The notes: a model not told the origin generated them from the sequence alone. A DNA stretch of 64,000 nucleotides from Clostridia bacterium (GCA_045533905.1 JAZSIR010000008.1:1-64000), one strand, 5' to 3'; shown: positions 1-9,081, counted from the stretch's first letter. Translations and numbers: made by a program.

Positions 1-38
1 TTCTTCAATGTTTCCCATAGTCTTTGATATGTTACCAT
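1..38 (-). CDS. N-terminus of a small Cro/C1 (XRE, HTH_26-like) regulator, cut by the window edge
   Basis: GGAGG RBS (47-51) then ATG at 38, reading MVTYQRLWETLK, like the MISYxxLWxxLK start of this family; only 12 codons visible. Confidence 0.55.
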   Translation of the reverse strand, partial: MVTYQRLWETLK

Positions 39-67
39 AGCATAAGCCTCCGAAAATTTATGTATTA

Positions 68-112
68 ATTATACACCTATTCGACAAAAAAATCAAGACT
101 TCGCTTGATTTT
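68..112 (-). promoter_or_regulatory. Sigma-A promoter with overlapping inverted-repeat operator
   Basis: TTGATT-17-TATAAT on the minus strand; AAAATCAAG-n6-CTTGATTTT (89-112) overlaps the -35. Confidence 0.5.
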
Positions 113-404
113 CGTTATATTGCATTTCAGTTTACAATTGATGTAAGGAATTTTTATAATGGTTTTAACAGTGCAATTTTCTTTGGTTAATGTATAATAA
201 ATTTTGATATGATAATTAAAAAAACTCTTCCGCAAAGGTTTTATTTTAGTCCTATTACGGAAGAACTTTTTTGACCACATGTTATCCCACAGTTAGAAAT
301 GTAACAGGCGGAAACAGTGGAGATAAGATGTCCAAAGAGTATGTTGAATGTAGCAAAAAGGGCTAAAAAAGGCAAAAACCGCTATATATCAAGCTTTAGA
401 GCGT

Positions 405-450
405 GTTCGGGACGAAGAGGCCGCAGGTTCAAATCCTGTTATCCCGACCA
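405..450 (+). pseudogene. 3' fragment of tRNA-Pro(CGG), att site
   Basis: GTTCGGGACGAAGAGGCCGCAGGTTCAAATCCTGTTATCCCGACCA has the anticodon loop, T-arm, acceptor 3' strand and CCA, but no D-arm or 5' strand upstream. Confidence 0.85.
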
Positions 451-452
451 GT

Positions 453-489
453 AAAAAACCTCAGAAACTGAAAAGTTTCTGAGGTTTTT
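453..489. terminator. Bidirectional intrinsic terminator
   Basis: AAAAAACCTCAGAAACT-GAAA-AGTTTCTGAGGTTTTT. Confidence 0.85.
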
Positions 490-505
490 GTTTTATCCGC
501 ATTTA

Positions 506-1927
506 TTATTTGAGCACAGAGACAGCATCCGAAATCGTTTTTTCAAAAGCCTCTCTGCCATATTTGTCGACTTCTGCCTTATTCTTTTCTCCGTGTGTCA
601 GGCATCCTGCACCACCGATGCAACCGCCGACGCAAGCCATACCTTCAATAAAATTGGCATCCAGGACATTTTTGTTTTTCTTGAGAAGGGCCATTTTACA
701 TGCCTCTATTCCATCGCACGGTACTGCTTTTAATTCAAAATGAATATTCTGTTCTTTGAGCGCCTGCGAAACCGCATCGGTAAGCCCGCCGGACCGCGCA
801 AAAATTCTGCCGAAATACGAAGCGTTATCCAGAACATCTTCATCAAGCGTTGTAATGTCAATATCTTTACTGTCATACAGAGCCTGCAGCTCCTCAAATG
901 TAAGAACAGCATCCACATAAGGCCTTACTTCCTCGCGCTGTGCCTCGGCTTTCTTTGCAGTACAGGGCCCGATAAATACGACCTTGGAAGTCGGATCTGT
1001 GTCCTTGATATATTTCGCAAGTGCCGCCATCGGCGAGGGATTGTGCGAAATATACTGCACCAAATCCGGAAAAGCGGATTTTATATAGGCTACGAATGCA
1101 GGGCAACAAGAGCTTGTCAAAAACCCTTTTTCACTCAGTTCCCTCGCTTCTGCCTGCGCGACCATATCGGCGCCGAGTGCCGCTTCGACAACCGTGAAGA
1201 AGCCAAGTTCCTTCAGGCCGCGTATTACCTGCCCGAGCTTTGCATAGGTAAACTGGCTCGAAATGGAGGGGGCTACCACAGCATACACCTTATATTTTTT
1301 ATTATTGTCGCTTTTCTTTATGATGTCAACCGCGTCCAGTATATAGGACTTGTCCGTAATTGCGCCGAACGGGCACTGATATACGCATGCACCGCAAGCC
1401 GTACATTTACTGTCGTCAATCGTTGCGGCATTATCCTCATTGATAGAAATCGCTTTGATTTTGCAGGCATTCTGGCAAGGCCGTTTGCGGTTTACAATGG
1501 CAGAATACGGGCACACCTTCGCGCACTGACCACACTCCACGCACTTGGTCTTATCAATATGGGCCACGTGATTCTGATCAAAAGAAATTGCGCCCTTTTT
1601 ACAAACATCCTCACATCTGTGCGCAAGACATCCACGGCAGGAATCGGTTACTTCATACCCCGCTGCCGGACATTCATCACAGGCAATATCAATAACCTCA
1701 ATTACATTGTGGTTTTCCTTTTCGCCGCCCATCGCAATTTTTACGCGCTCAGAAAGAATTGCCCTCTCCTTATAAACGCAGCAGCGCATTGTGGATGTTT
1801 TTCCCGGAACGATTGTTTTGGGTATTTCCAATACATTTTCCAAAAGCTTATCGTCCCACGCAAGTTTCGCAACCTCCCGCAGCACCTTGTATTTCAAATA
1901 TTGAACTTTTGTATCAAATTTTCTCAT
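506..1927 (-). CDS. hfsD: [FeFe]-hydrogenase, monomeric group B type with N-terminal 4Fe-4S domains (HfsD-like)
   Basis: H-cluster motifs TSSCCPAF, GPCTAKKAE, EGMACVGGCIGGAG; CxxCxxCxxxCP ferredoxin motifs; hfs synteny. Confidence 0.9.
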   Translation of the reverse strand: MRKFDTKVQYLKYKVLREVAKLAWDDKLLENVLEIPKTIVPGKTSTMRCCVYKERAILSERVKIAMGGEKENHNVIEVIDIACDECPAAGYEVTDSCRGCLAHRCEDVCKKGAISFDQNHVAHIDKTKCVECGQCAKVCPYSAIVNRKRPCQNACKIKAISINEDNAATIDDSKCTACGACVYQCPFGAITDKSYILDAVDIIKKSDNNKKYKVYAVVAPSISSQFTYAKLGQVIRGLKELGFFTVVEAALGADMVAQAEARELSEKGFLTSSCCPAFVAYIKSAFPDLVQYISHNPSPMAALAKYIKDTDPTSKVVFIGPCTAKKAEAQREEVRPYVDAVLTFEELQALYDSKDIDITTLDEDVLDNASYFGRIFARSGGLTDAVSQALKEQNIHFELKAVPCDGIEACKMALLKKNKNVLDANFIEGMACVGGCIGGAGCLTHGEKNKAEVDKYGREAFEKTISDAVSVLK

Positions 1928-1938
1928 TCTTTAGCTCC

Positions 1939-2886
1939 TTACAGGCCTGCACTTTTAATGGTTTCCTTCAGCACCGAAGCCGAATGGTACAGTTTCTGCA
2001 TTTCTTCTTCCGAAAGTTTCTGGGTGATAATGGATTTCACGCCGGTATTGTCCACGAGGGAAAGCGAGCTCAGGCAAACATCTTCGATGCCATACTCCCC
2101 TTCGTGCAAAGTAGAAACTGTCATAAGGCTTCCGGCACTCCCGCTTACTGTGTGTACTATATTCGTTGCGGCAGTCGCCACGCCAAAAACCGTGCAACCT
2201 TTTCTGGCGATAATTTTTCCGCCCGATTTCTTGACATAGTTTTCAACATCTTCGTGTGTGTACTGTGTGGTAAGCATATATTTCGATGCAACGGCGTCCT
2301 CATATTCCGAGAGCGGAACGCCTGCAATATTAGCGGCAGACCACGCCACGAAGGAACTGTCGCCATGTTCTCCCAGCACATTAGCATGCACCTGCTTCTT
2401 ATTTACGCCATACACCTCAGCAAGGCGCGTACGAAGCCGTATGGTATCGAGGGTTGTGCCGGTGCCCATCACCTGATTTTTCGGAAGGCCTGTAACTTTC
2501 AGAAATGCATAAGTAAGTACATCCACGGGATTTGATACGATAATGTACAATGCATTCGGCGCATATTTCACAATTTCACCCGCAATGCTTTTTATAATTT
2601 CCACATTGGTTTTTACAAGCTCCAGACGGGTTTGTCCCGGTTTTCTGCCGATACCGCCCGCAATAATAACAAAATCCGAGCCTTCGGCATCACGGTAATC
2701 CCCTGCATAAATATCGCAGTTTTCAAGAAAAGGTGTGGCCTGCTTAATATCCAGCGCTTCCCCAAGCGCTTTTTCGGTGTTGATATCTATCAAAACGACT
2801 TCCGAAGCGGCGTTTCGCGCAAGCAAAGCATATGCGGTTGTAGCTCCTACACCGCCGGCACCTATTACAGTAACTTTATTTTTCAT
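1939..2886 (-). CDS. ldh: L-lactate/malate dehydrogenase family protein
   Basis: GAGGVG Rossmann motif, SNPVD, GTTLDT, GEHGDS; substrate loop RKPGQTRLEL leaves specificity uncertain. Confidence 0.85.
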   Translation of the reverse strand: MKNKVTVIGAGGVGATTAYALLARNAASEVVLIDINTEKALGEALDIKQATPFLENCDIYAGDYRDAEGSDFVIIAGGIGRKPGQTRLELVKTNVEIIKSIAGEIVKYAPNALYIIVSNPVDVLTYAFLKVTGLPKNQVMGTGTTLDTIRLRTRLAEVYGVNKKQVHANVLGEHGDSSFVAWSAANIAGVPLSEYEDAVASKYMLTTQYTHEDVENYVKKSGGKIIARKGCTVFGVATAATNIVHTVSGSAGSLMTVSTLHEGEYGIEDVCLSSLSLVDNTGVKSIITQKLSEEEMQKLYHSASVLKETIKSAGL

Positions 2887-2906
2887 ACTCTACCCCTCAA
2901 TTCTTC

Positions 2907-4079
2907 TTAAAAATAACTTACTTTGATTCTTTTGCCCATCATTTTAAGACATTTTGATATTTCTTCCACCAGATTCATTTTGATGCTGAAATTAATCGGC
3001 AGATCCGGGTTCTGATGCGCCGGATTTATCGCACGGCCCACATAGAAATTTATGTCGGTTGCTTCTTCAAATAGCAGCTGACAAATCAGGGAGGCACCAT
3101 CGCGCTTGAAATTCCAGTGCTCGTACAATGCATTCTCTCCCAGATAGTCCCTGGCATATTCCAAAACCTTGTTGACAGTAATTACGCCCTCTGTCACAAG
3201 ATCAACCCCTTCGAGCTTTGCGATCGGCGGAACATCCGACTTTTCAAAACGCAAGGTGGCTTCAAGCGGTTTATTAAGGTATTTCGCCGCGATGGAAGAG
3301 GTTGTGCCGCCGCAGATGATATGCTTACCCTCTTTCGAGAAGAAGAGAGACATCATCCTGTCACAGTCATCTCGGTTGGACGGCGGGCCAAAGAGAAGAT
3401 TCATCGGCTCTCGCTTTCTGATTTTGACGATGCAGGCCGTCGCATCGTCGCCCGGTTGTTTTCCGTAAAGCTTATCTACCTCATCCACTAAAAGCGTGGC
3501 TAAATTCTTGGCAGTAAGACCGGTCGACGCCATAGCTTCCATAAATGCAATGATATCTTCCCGCTTCCAGCCGAAGTTAAAGGCTCTGCCAATGCCGGCG
3601 TGCGGGCAACCGTCACTCATCGCAATAAAAATATCGCCTTCCTGCAAACGGATTGTAGATTTATAAATCTTCTTACCGTCGATATTCATTTCGGTTTTCG
3701 GATACACATAGTTTTCATTATCGCGAAGAACTATGGCCTGCGGATTATCATACTGAATAATTTCGGCGATTTCGTTATTCAGAAAATGCAGAATGGTAAA
3801 AGTCGAGTAGGCAACGCCGCGCACCGAGCAAACAGGAAGGGTTGCCGCAATTGTCGACACACATTCCTCAATCGGCAGCCCTGACGCCATCATAGTGGAA
3901 ATGATTTTAGACGTAAGTGTGGACAGAATGCTCGCTTTAACACCGCTTCCCAACCCATCTGCCAGAACGATAACCGTTGAATTTTCATTTTGCTCTACGA
4001 TTTCCACATGGTCACCGCAAAGCTGTTCTCCGTAATGGTTAATGCTTTTCCAGCCGATATCTGCACACAAATCATTCAT
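2907..4079 (-). CDS. hfsC: PP2C/SpoIIE-family Ser/Thr phosphatase (HfsC-like)
   Basis: CGD, LADGLGSG, MSDG, GDDAT motifs; position next to the sensory hydrogenase. Confidence 0.9.
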   Translation of the reverse strand: MNDLCADIGWKSINHYGEQLCGDHVEIVEQNENSTVIVLADGLGSGVKASILSTLTSKIISTMMASGLPIEECVSTIAATLPVCSVRGVAYSTFTILHFLNNEIAEIIQYDNPQAIVLRDNENYVYPKTEMNIDGKKIYKSTIRLQEGDIFIAMSDGCPHAGIGRAFNFGWKREDIIAFMEAMASTGLTAKNLATLLVDEVDKLYGKQPGDDATACIVKIRKREPMNLLFGPPSNRDDCDRMMSLFFSKEGKHIICGGTTSSIAAKYLNKPLEATLRFEKSDVPPIAKLEGVDLVTEGVITVNKVLEYARDYLGENALYEHWNFKRDGASLICQLLFEEATDINFYVGRAINPAHQNPDLPINFSIKMNLVEEISKCLKMMGKRIKVSYF

Positions 4080-5751
4080 CCTGTATCGACTCCTTTAACT
4101 TTGCAAGCGCAATTTTGGTTTCTGCGGCCGTTTCGCCAAGAAGGGATGCGATTTCCTGAACAATGCGCATCTGCTTATCCACAACCTTATCCGCGACCTC
4201 CACAGTCTTGCGGCTGATGCTTTCCTTCTTTTCCCGTTCATTCTGCGCATCGGTAATGTCACGCATAATGCCAATGAGGAGATGCGAATCCTGATCATAT
4301 AAAACCGTTTGTTCTATATAGCGCTTATATTCAGCCAGATATACTTTTTTGTTCTTAATATCACGCCCCGTATTTTTCACCGCGACGAAATCGCTCGGGT
4401 CCATAATACGAACCACCTGATCACCGAGTACATCTGCGCTCGAGCGGATATTCATAATCTTTCTTGCAGCCTCATTGATCTGTTGTACTTCCAGTTCTTC
4501 ATTCAGAACGATGAGTCCGTTCGGGGTATTCTTAACGATTGTGTCAGAAAAGCTTTCTGCTTTATCCTTAAGGAACGGAAGGCACATAGAAATTTCCGCC
4601 TTCCCCTGACAGATGGCAATCGCCTTTTCGCGGCAGGTATTGTAGCCGCAGGAACCGCAGTTCAGTTCATCGGAAAGCTTAAATTTACCCATCTGGCGAA
4701 GCACGTTACAGATTTCCGTTTCCGACGGCATCTGCAATCTGTGTTCGATATACGAAAACTGTTTTTTCAGTTCCAAGGCGTCCGGCTGTGTTACAGAAAA
4801 ATCTCTGCTTCCTGCATAATTTACAATGGTGATAAAATCCTTAACCGGTGCACTGCGGTGATATTTTTCCATAACCGGACCACCGATACAGCTTCCGGCA
4901 CAAGCCGACATTTCAATAAAGCACTTATGGATTTTTCCGTTTTCTATATCCTTCAAAGCATCTATGCAGTTTTCAACGCCATCAAGCGCCATATAGGTAT
5001 AGCCGGCAATGTTCGGCTCCATTGTTTTCAGAATGCCGCCTGTTGTGGGAAAAAATCTTGCGCGGCTCTCTTCTATGGAATCCATCTCCTGCAAAAGTTC
5101 AATACCTTCTTCTTTCAGCCAAGTGGTAAGTTCCTCAAAGGTGAGGACGGCATCCACTATACCCTCATAATATTCAGCCTCATCTTTTTTGGCAACACAA
5201 GGCCCGATGAAGACCGTTTTTGCATTCGGAAAGCGCTTTTTTATATCGTGGCAATGCGCCTGCATAGGAGAGGCGACATCCGCCAGATATTCAAGCTCTG
5301 CCGGGAAGTTTTTCTGTATCAGCAGGTTCACGGAATGGCAGCAGGAAGAGATAATGATGTCACGCTCCTCCTCGCGAAGCATTCTCTCATACTCTTTTTT
5401 AACGATTGTTGCACCGATCGCCGTCTCTTCCACATCATAAAAGCCGAGTTTTTTGAGAGCATCCCGCATAGCATATATACCGACGCCCTCGTAATTTGCA
5501 ACAAAAGACGGCGCAAGACTTACGATGACAGGCGCATCGTCCTGCAGTAATACTTTTACTTTTTCGGTTTCATCCACAATCTGCTTTGCATTCTGCGGAC
5601 AAACAACGAAGCATTGCCCGCACAAAATACATTCGTTGCCGATAATATGAGCCTGATTACCGGAAAAACGAATCGCCTTAACAGGACAGTGACGAATGCA
5701 CTTATAGCAGTTTTTGCAGTTTGATTTTTTTAACGTTAAACAGTTTGGCAT
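4072..5751 (-). CDS. hfsB: Sensory [FeFe]-hydrogenase, group C, with FeS and PAS domains (HfsB/HydS-like)
   Basis: Variant H-cluster motifs SSCCHSV, GPCVAKKDE, EMSACAGSCIGGP; NCGSCGYNTC FeS domain; C-terminal PAS (NTPNGLIVLN...INEAA). Confidence 0.9.
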   Translation of the reverse strand: MPNCLTLKKSNCKNCYKCIRHCPVKAIRFSGNQAHIIGNECILCGQCFVVCPQNAKQIVDETEKVKVLLQDDAPVIVSLAPSFVANYEGVGIYAMRDALKKLGFYDVEETAIGATIVKKEYERMLREEERDIIISSCCHSVNLLIQKNFPAELEYLADVASPMQAHCHDIKKRFPNAKTVFIGPCVAKKDEAEYYEGIVDAVLTFEELTTWLKEEGIELLQEMDSIEESRARFFPTTGGILKTMEPNIAGYTYMALDGVENCIDALKDIENGKIHKCFIEMSACAGSCIGGPVMEKYHRSAPVKDFITIVNYAGSRDFSVTQPDALELKKQFSYIEHRLQMPSETEICNVLRQMGKFKLSDELNCGSCGYNTCREKAIAICQGKAEISMCLPFLKDKAESFSDTIVKNTPNGLIVLNEELEVQQINEAARKIMNIRSSADVLGDQVVRIMDPSDFVAVKNTGRDIKNKKVYLAEYKRYIEQTVLYDQDSHLLIGIMRDITDAQNEREKKESISRKTVEVADKVVDKQMRIVQEIASLLGETAAETKIALAKLKESIQDE

Positions 5752-6017
5752 TACGCTTCCCCTCTTTCTTTTTCCAGTACAGCAAGGACTTTGTCATTAA
5801 AAAATTCTTTGAAATTCTCACGGGTTACGCCAATATGCACTTCATCCTCCACCTGCACCGTTACACCGTATCGGTTGCATTTGCCGATACAAAAGCTGCC
5901 GGCAAGTGTAATTTCATTTTCAAGAGAATGCTCCTCGATTGCCCGGGTCAGTAACTCCACAATTTCAGGTGCGCCCTTGAGGTGGCAGGAGCTGCCTACA
6001 CAAATCTGAATTATCAT
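5751..6017 (-). CDS. Thioredoxin-like [2Fe-2S] ferredoxin (HfsA-like), copy 2
   Basis: ICVGSSCHLKG...FCIGKC. Confidence 0.88.
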   Translation of the reverse strand: MIIQICVGSSCHLKGAPEIVELLTRAIEEHSLENEITLAGSFCIGKCNRYGVTVQVEDEVHIGVTRENFKEFFNDKVLAVLEKERGEA

Positions 6018-6023
6018 TTCTTC

Positions 6024-6263
6024 TCACACCTTTGCTAAAACTTCATTCCTGAAAAAGTCATCCGCCGTTTCAGGCGTTACGGAATAGAATGCATCCTCTA
6101 CAGTGACACAAACGCCCTGCTGGCATTTTCCCATACAAAATGTACCGCCAAGTTCCACCTTATCCTCAAGCTTATTGGCACCAATTAGCTGTTGAAGACG
6201 TTCCACGACCAAGCGGGACCCCTTAATATGGCAGGAACTGCCGATACATACCGTAATTTTCAT
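6024..6263 (-). CDS. Thioredoxin-like [2Fe-2S] ferredoxin (HfsA-like), copy 1
   Basis: VCIGSSCHIKG...FCMGKC. Confidence 0.88.
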   Translation of the reverse strand: MKITVCIGSSCHIKGSRLVVERLQQLIGANKLEDKVELGGTFCMGKCQQGVCVTVEDAFYSVTPETADDFFRNEVLAKV

Positions 6264-6317
6264 TGCAAAACATCCTTCCCTTTATCATATTCCTATCTTG
6301 ATGTAAGTACAGTTTTA

Positions 6318-6346
6318 AGCATAGCACAAAACGTCGCTGATTTCAA
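6318..6346 (-). promoter_or_regulatory. Sigma-A promoter of the hfs operon
   Basis: TTGAAA-17-TATGCT with extended TG. Confidence 0.55.
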
Positions 6347-6413
6347 GATTTTTAGCATATTTTCGACAGAATCTCTTCGCTTCTGAACACGCGAGAAATC
6401 CCGGCATACATAC

Positions 6414-6444
6414 AAAAAAGGAACTGCAACCGCAGTTCCTTTTT
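6414..6444 (-). terminator. Intrinsic terminator after kdgK
   Basis: AAAAAAGGAACTGC-AACC-GCAGTTCCTTTTT. Confidence 0.8.
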
Positions 6445-6450
6445 CATCTT

Positions 6451-7482
6451 TTATCTCTGCACTCTTCCTGATCCGTCACCGCGAACCAGATTTTCCACAT
6501 CCGCACGGGATACGAGATTAAAATCGCCGGGAATAGTATGCTTCAGCGCCGATGCAGCCACGCCGAATTCAAGAGCTTCCTTGAAGTCCTTGCCATCAAG
6601 GAACCCGCAGATGGTTCCGCCGGCGAAGCTGTCCCCGCCGCCCACTCTGTCGATGATGGGTGTGATTCTGTATTCTCTGGAATGATAAAATTCCTTAGTA
6701 TCCCTTTTATAGATGCAGGCAGACCAGCCGTTATCAGATGCAGAGTGTGAAACGCGAAGTGAGGAAATTACATATTCAAAGTTAAACTTCTCGACCATCT
6801 GCTCGAATATACTCTTGTAGCCTGCAAGCTCCAGTTCCCCGCTTGTTACATCCGTATTCCCGGGTCTGAAACCGAGAACCTTTTCCGCATCCTCTTCATT
6901 CCCGATGCAAACATCCACATACTGCATAAGATTTGTCATAACCTTCTGCGCTTTTTCGCTCGTCCAGAGCTTCTTTCTGAAATTCAGGTCGCAGCTTACC
7001 TTTACGCCGTGCGCTTTTGCGGCCTTAAGCGCTGCCTCCGTAAGGCTGGCGGCAGCATCAGAAATTGCGGGCGTGATGCCTGTGAAGTGGAACCAGTCGC
7101 ACCCTTTGAAGATGGCATCAAAATTGAAGTCTGCCTCGGTTGCGGTGGCTATAGACGAATGTGCTCTGTCATATACCACATTCGATGCGCGCATTGAGGC
7201 ACCGGTTTCGAGAAAATAGATGCCGAGTCTTTCGCCGCCTCTGGCAACATTCTGTGTCTCGACGCCATGCTTACGAAGAGCCGCCACGGCACATTCGCCG
7301 ATCGGATTTTCGGGCACCTTTGTAACAAATTCGGCAGTGTGGCCGTAGTTTGCCAGCGACACCGCTACGTTTGCTTCGCCGCCGCCATAGCAGACGTCAA
7401 ATGCCTCTGCCTGGATGAACTTTTCAAATCCGGGCGTAGAAAGGCGCAGCATAATTTCGCCCATCGTTACAATTTTAGCCAT
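6451..7482 (-). CDS. kdgK: 2-keto-3-deoxygluconate kinase (PfkB family)
   Basis: GEIMLRL, GGGEANVA, DLNFR, DRVGGGDSFAGG; adjacent to eda. Confidence 0.9.
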   Translation of the reverse strand: MAKIVTMGEIMLRLSTPGFEKFIQAEAFDVCYGGGEANVAVSLANYGHTAEFVTKVPENPIGECAVAALRKHGVETQNVARGGERLGIYFLETGASMRASNVVYDRAHSSIATATEADFNFDAIFKGCDWFHFTGITPAISDAAASLTEAALKAAKAHGVKVSCDLNFRKKLWTSEKAQKVMTNLMQYVDVCIGNEEDAEKVLGFRPGNTDVTSGELELAGYKSIFEQMVEKFNFEYVISSLRVSHSASDNGWSACIYKRDTKEFYHSREYRITPIIDRVGGGDSFAGGTICGFLDGKDFKEALEFGVAASALKHTIPGDFNLVSRADVENLVRGDGSGRVQR

Positions 7483-8035
7483 TATTTTTCTCCATCCCTT
7501 CCAGTGATTCCTTTACAAAGAAGCTGCCACCGATTGCAGCCACCTTATCAAATGCCAGAAATTCGTCAATATTCCCTCTGTCCACGCCGCCTGTGGGGAT
7601 AAACCGGATTTGCGGGAACGGCGCCGCGAGTGCTTTGAGCGCTTTAAGGCCGCCATATACATTTGCGGGGAAGAACTTGACGGTTGTGATACCCAGCGCA
7701 AGCGCCTCCATAATTTCACTCGGCGTAACGCACCCCGGATAATAAGGAATATTTTTCTCTTTGCAAACATTCGCCACCCCTACAGAAAGTCCCGGCGAAA
7801 CGATAAACCGTGCACCTGCCGTGATAGCCTCTCTGCACTGCATTTCATTGATAACCGTTCCGGCGCCAATTTCCATTTCCGGATATTTTTCTGCCGCGAG
7901 ACGAATCGCCTCTGCAGCGCAGTCTGTGCGGAACGTGATTTCGGCACAGTTTATGCCATTTGCCTTTAATGCAGGCAGAATGGTGTCTACCTCATTAAGT
8001 GCTTTGATTACGACTACCGGTATGTACTTTTCCAT
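7475..8035 (-). CDS. eda: KDPG/KHG aldolase
   Basis: EITFRT, GAGTV, FIVSPG, KFFPA, PTGGV. Confidence 0.92.
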   Translation of the reverse strand: MEKYIPVVVIKALNEVDTILPALKANGINCAEITFRTDCAAEAIRLAAEKYPEMEIGAGTVINEMQCREAITAGARFIVSPGLSVGVANVCKEKNIPYYPGCVTPSEIMEALALGITTVKFFPANVYGGLKALKALAAPFPQIRFIPTGGVDRGNIDEFLAFDKVAAIGGSFFVKESLEGMEKNNG

Positions 8036-8067
8036 TTAACCCTCTCCTTTTCTACCTGTTTGTCTTT

Positions 8068-9081
8068 TTACAAAAAATATGCATTTGTGTTTGCAGTCTT
8101 TCCATATTTATCGGTAACTTCGATTCTGAAATAGACATCATCCTCTTCAAAATCAAACACAGCTTCTGTAACAGCCTCGCCACACTCCGCCAAAACCGCC
8201 CCTGCTCCACGAACGCCCTTATTTATGGTGATTCTTGCAGCTTCCGAGCAGAAAACATAAATCTTGTTATCTTCTATGTATAATTCGTGAATTTCCGGCC
8301 CGCAGCTCGCATAGAAATTTCCCTTAAAAAGCGCATCGGTGACCGAAGTATATGTAAGCGCCTCTGCTTTAATCATAATCCAACCGCCAAAGCTATCGCA
8401 TTTTGCAGTGTCCAGCGGATGCTTATTATGATTGTCATCCGCGGCAATCGCAAATAATTGTTTCCCGCTTCTGAGCATGGCATCATATGCACAAATCGAA
8501 TAGGACGGGTATCCTTCGCACTCTTCACCATTATTGAAAATCTCCATCGCGTGCAGATTTTCATAGTTTGTAAACTGTTCACAGGTTTCCATCGACCATG
8601 CGGAGTGATTATAGGTAACAAAGAAGCCTTTTTCCCGCGCTATTTTTATCATCCGGCTTATACATTCCGGTGTGTATTCCCTTTCAAATAAAGGCTCGTT
8701 CGTATCAAATCTAACCATATGTCTGTTCTCTTTAGCGTTGCCGACATATGCATATTTTGCATTCCACGCCGGATGATACTCTATGTCCGGCGTACCCGCA
8801 ATACAACAGATATGGCAGGATTTCAGCCTCTTATTTCCCGGATACTGACTGTTTTCATTGAACGCCGCCTCAAACCCCGCAAGCGCGACAAAAGAATCGT
8901 CAGAAAGTTCGTGGTGTGGAAGAAACATATCGTGATCTGTATACGCCAGGACAGAATAGCCGTGCGATTTATACAGGTTTTTCAGTTCCTCAGGTGAAAA
9001 ATGCCCGTCCGATAAATCAGAATGGCAATGTAGATTTGCTTTATAAAACTTTCCTTCTTTCGGTAACAGATATTTTTTCAT
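8068..9081 (-). CDS. PHP-domain metallohydrolase
   Basis: NLHCHS, TDHD, YNH, EIFN, DDNH metal motifs; start moved to ATG 9081 after AAGGAGG. Confidence 0.8.
   Translation of the reverse strand: MKKYLLPKEGKFYKANLHCHSDLSDGHFSPEELKNLYKSHGYSVLAYTDHDMFLPHHELSDDSFVALAGFEAAFNENSQYPGNKRLKSCHICCIAGTPDIEYHPAWNAKYAYVGNAKENRHMVRFDTNEPLFEREYTPECISRMIKIAREKGFFVTYNHSAWSMETCEQFTNYENLHAMEIFNNGEECEGYPSYSICAYDAMLRSGKQLFAIAADDNHNKHPLDTAKCDSFGGWIMIKAEALTYTSVTDALFKGNFYASCGPEIHELYIEDNKIYVFCSEAARITINKGVRGAGAVLAECGEAVTEAVFDFEEDDVYFRIEVTDKYGKTANTNAYFL

Larger units (their letters stand above)
1..404. mobile_element. Right end of an integrated element (prophage/ICE/IME-like island) inserted in tRNA-Pro(CGG)
   Basis: Visibly more AT-rich than downstream DNA; ends exactly at a tRNA 3' fragment; imperfect repeats TTGACCACA (271-279) and TTATCCCACA (282-291) resemble tyrosine-integrase arm sites. 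Confidence 0.7.

Noticed and set aside
77-280. 67-aa ORF in the island end
   Set aside because: Low-complexity AT-rich translation, no RBS, and it overlaps the predicted promoter and arm sites
375-450. Complete tRNA-Pro gene
   Set aside because: No 5' acceptor strand or D-arm, and the anticodon stem cannot pair; only the 3' part is present
740-2239. 499-aa plus-strand ORF, and similar long antisense ORFs (4309-5550, 31917-32825, 47078-48112, 53281-54333)
   Set aside because: They lie antisense to well-supported genes and have no recognisable motifs; shadow ORFs caused by codon bias
2907-4079. Sporulation protein SpoIIE
   Set aside because: No membrane domain, and the hfs context indicates the hydrogenase-associated PP2C
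6264-6400. Rex operator upstream of the hydrogenase/ldh operon
   Set aside because: No 18-bp TTGTTAA-n4-TTAACAA-like site found by eye
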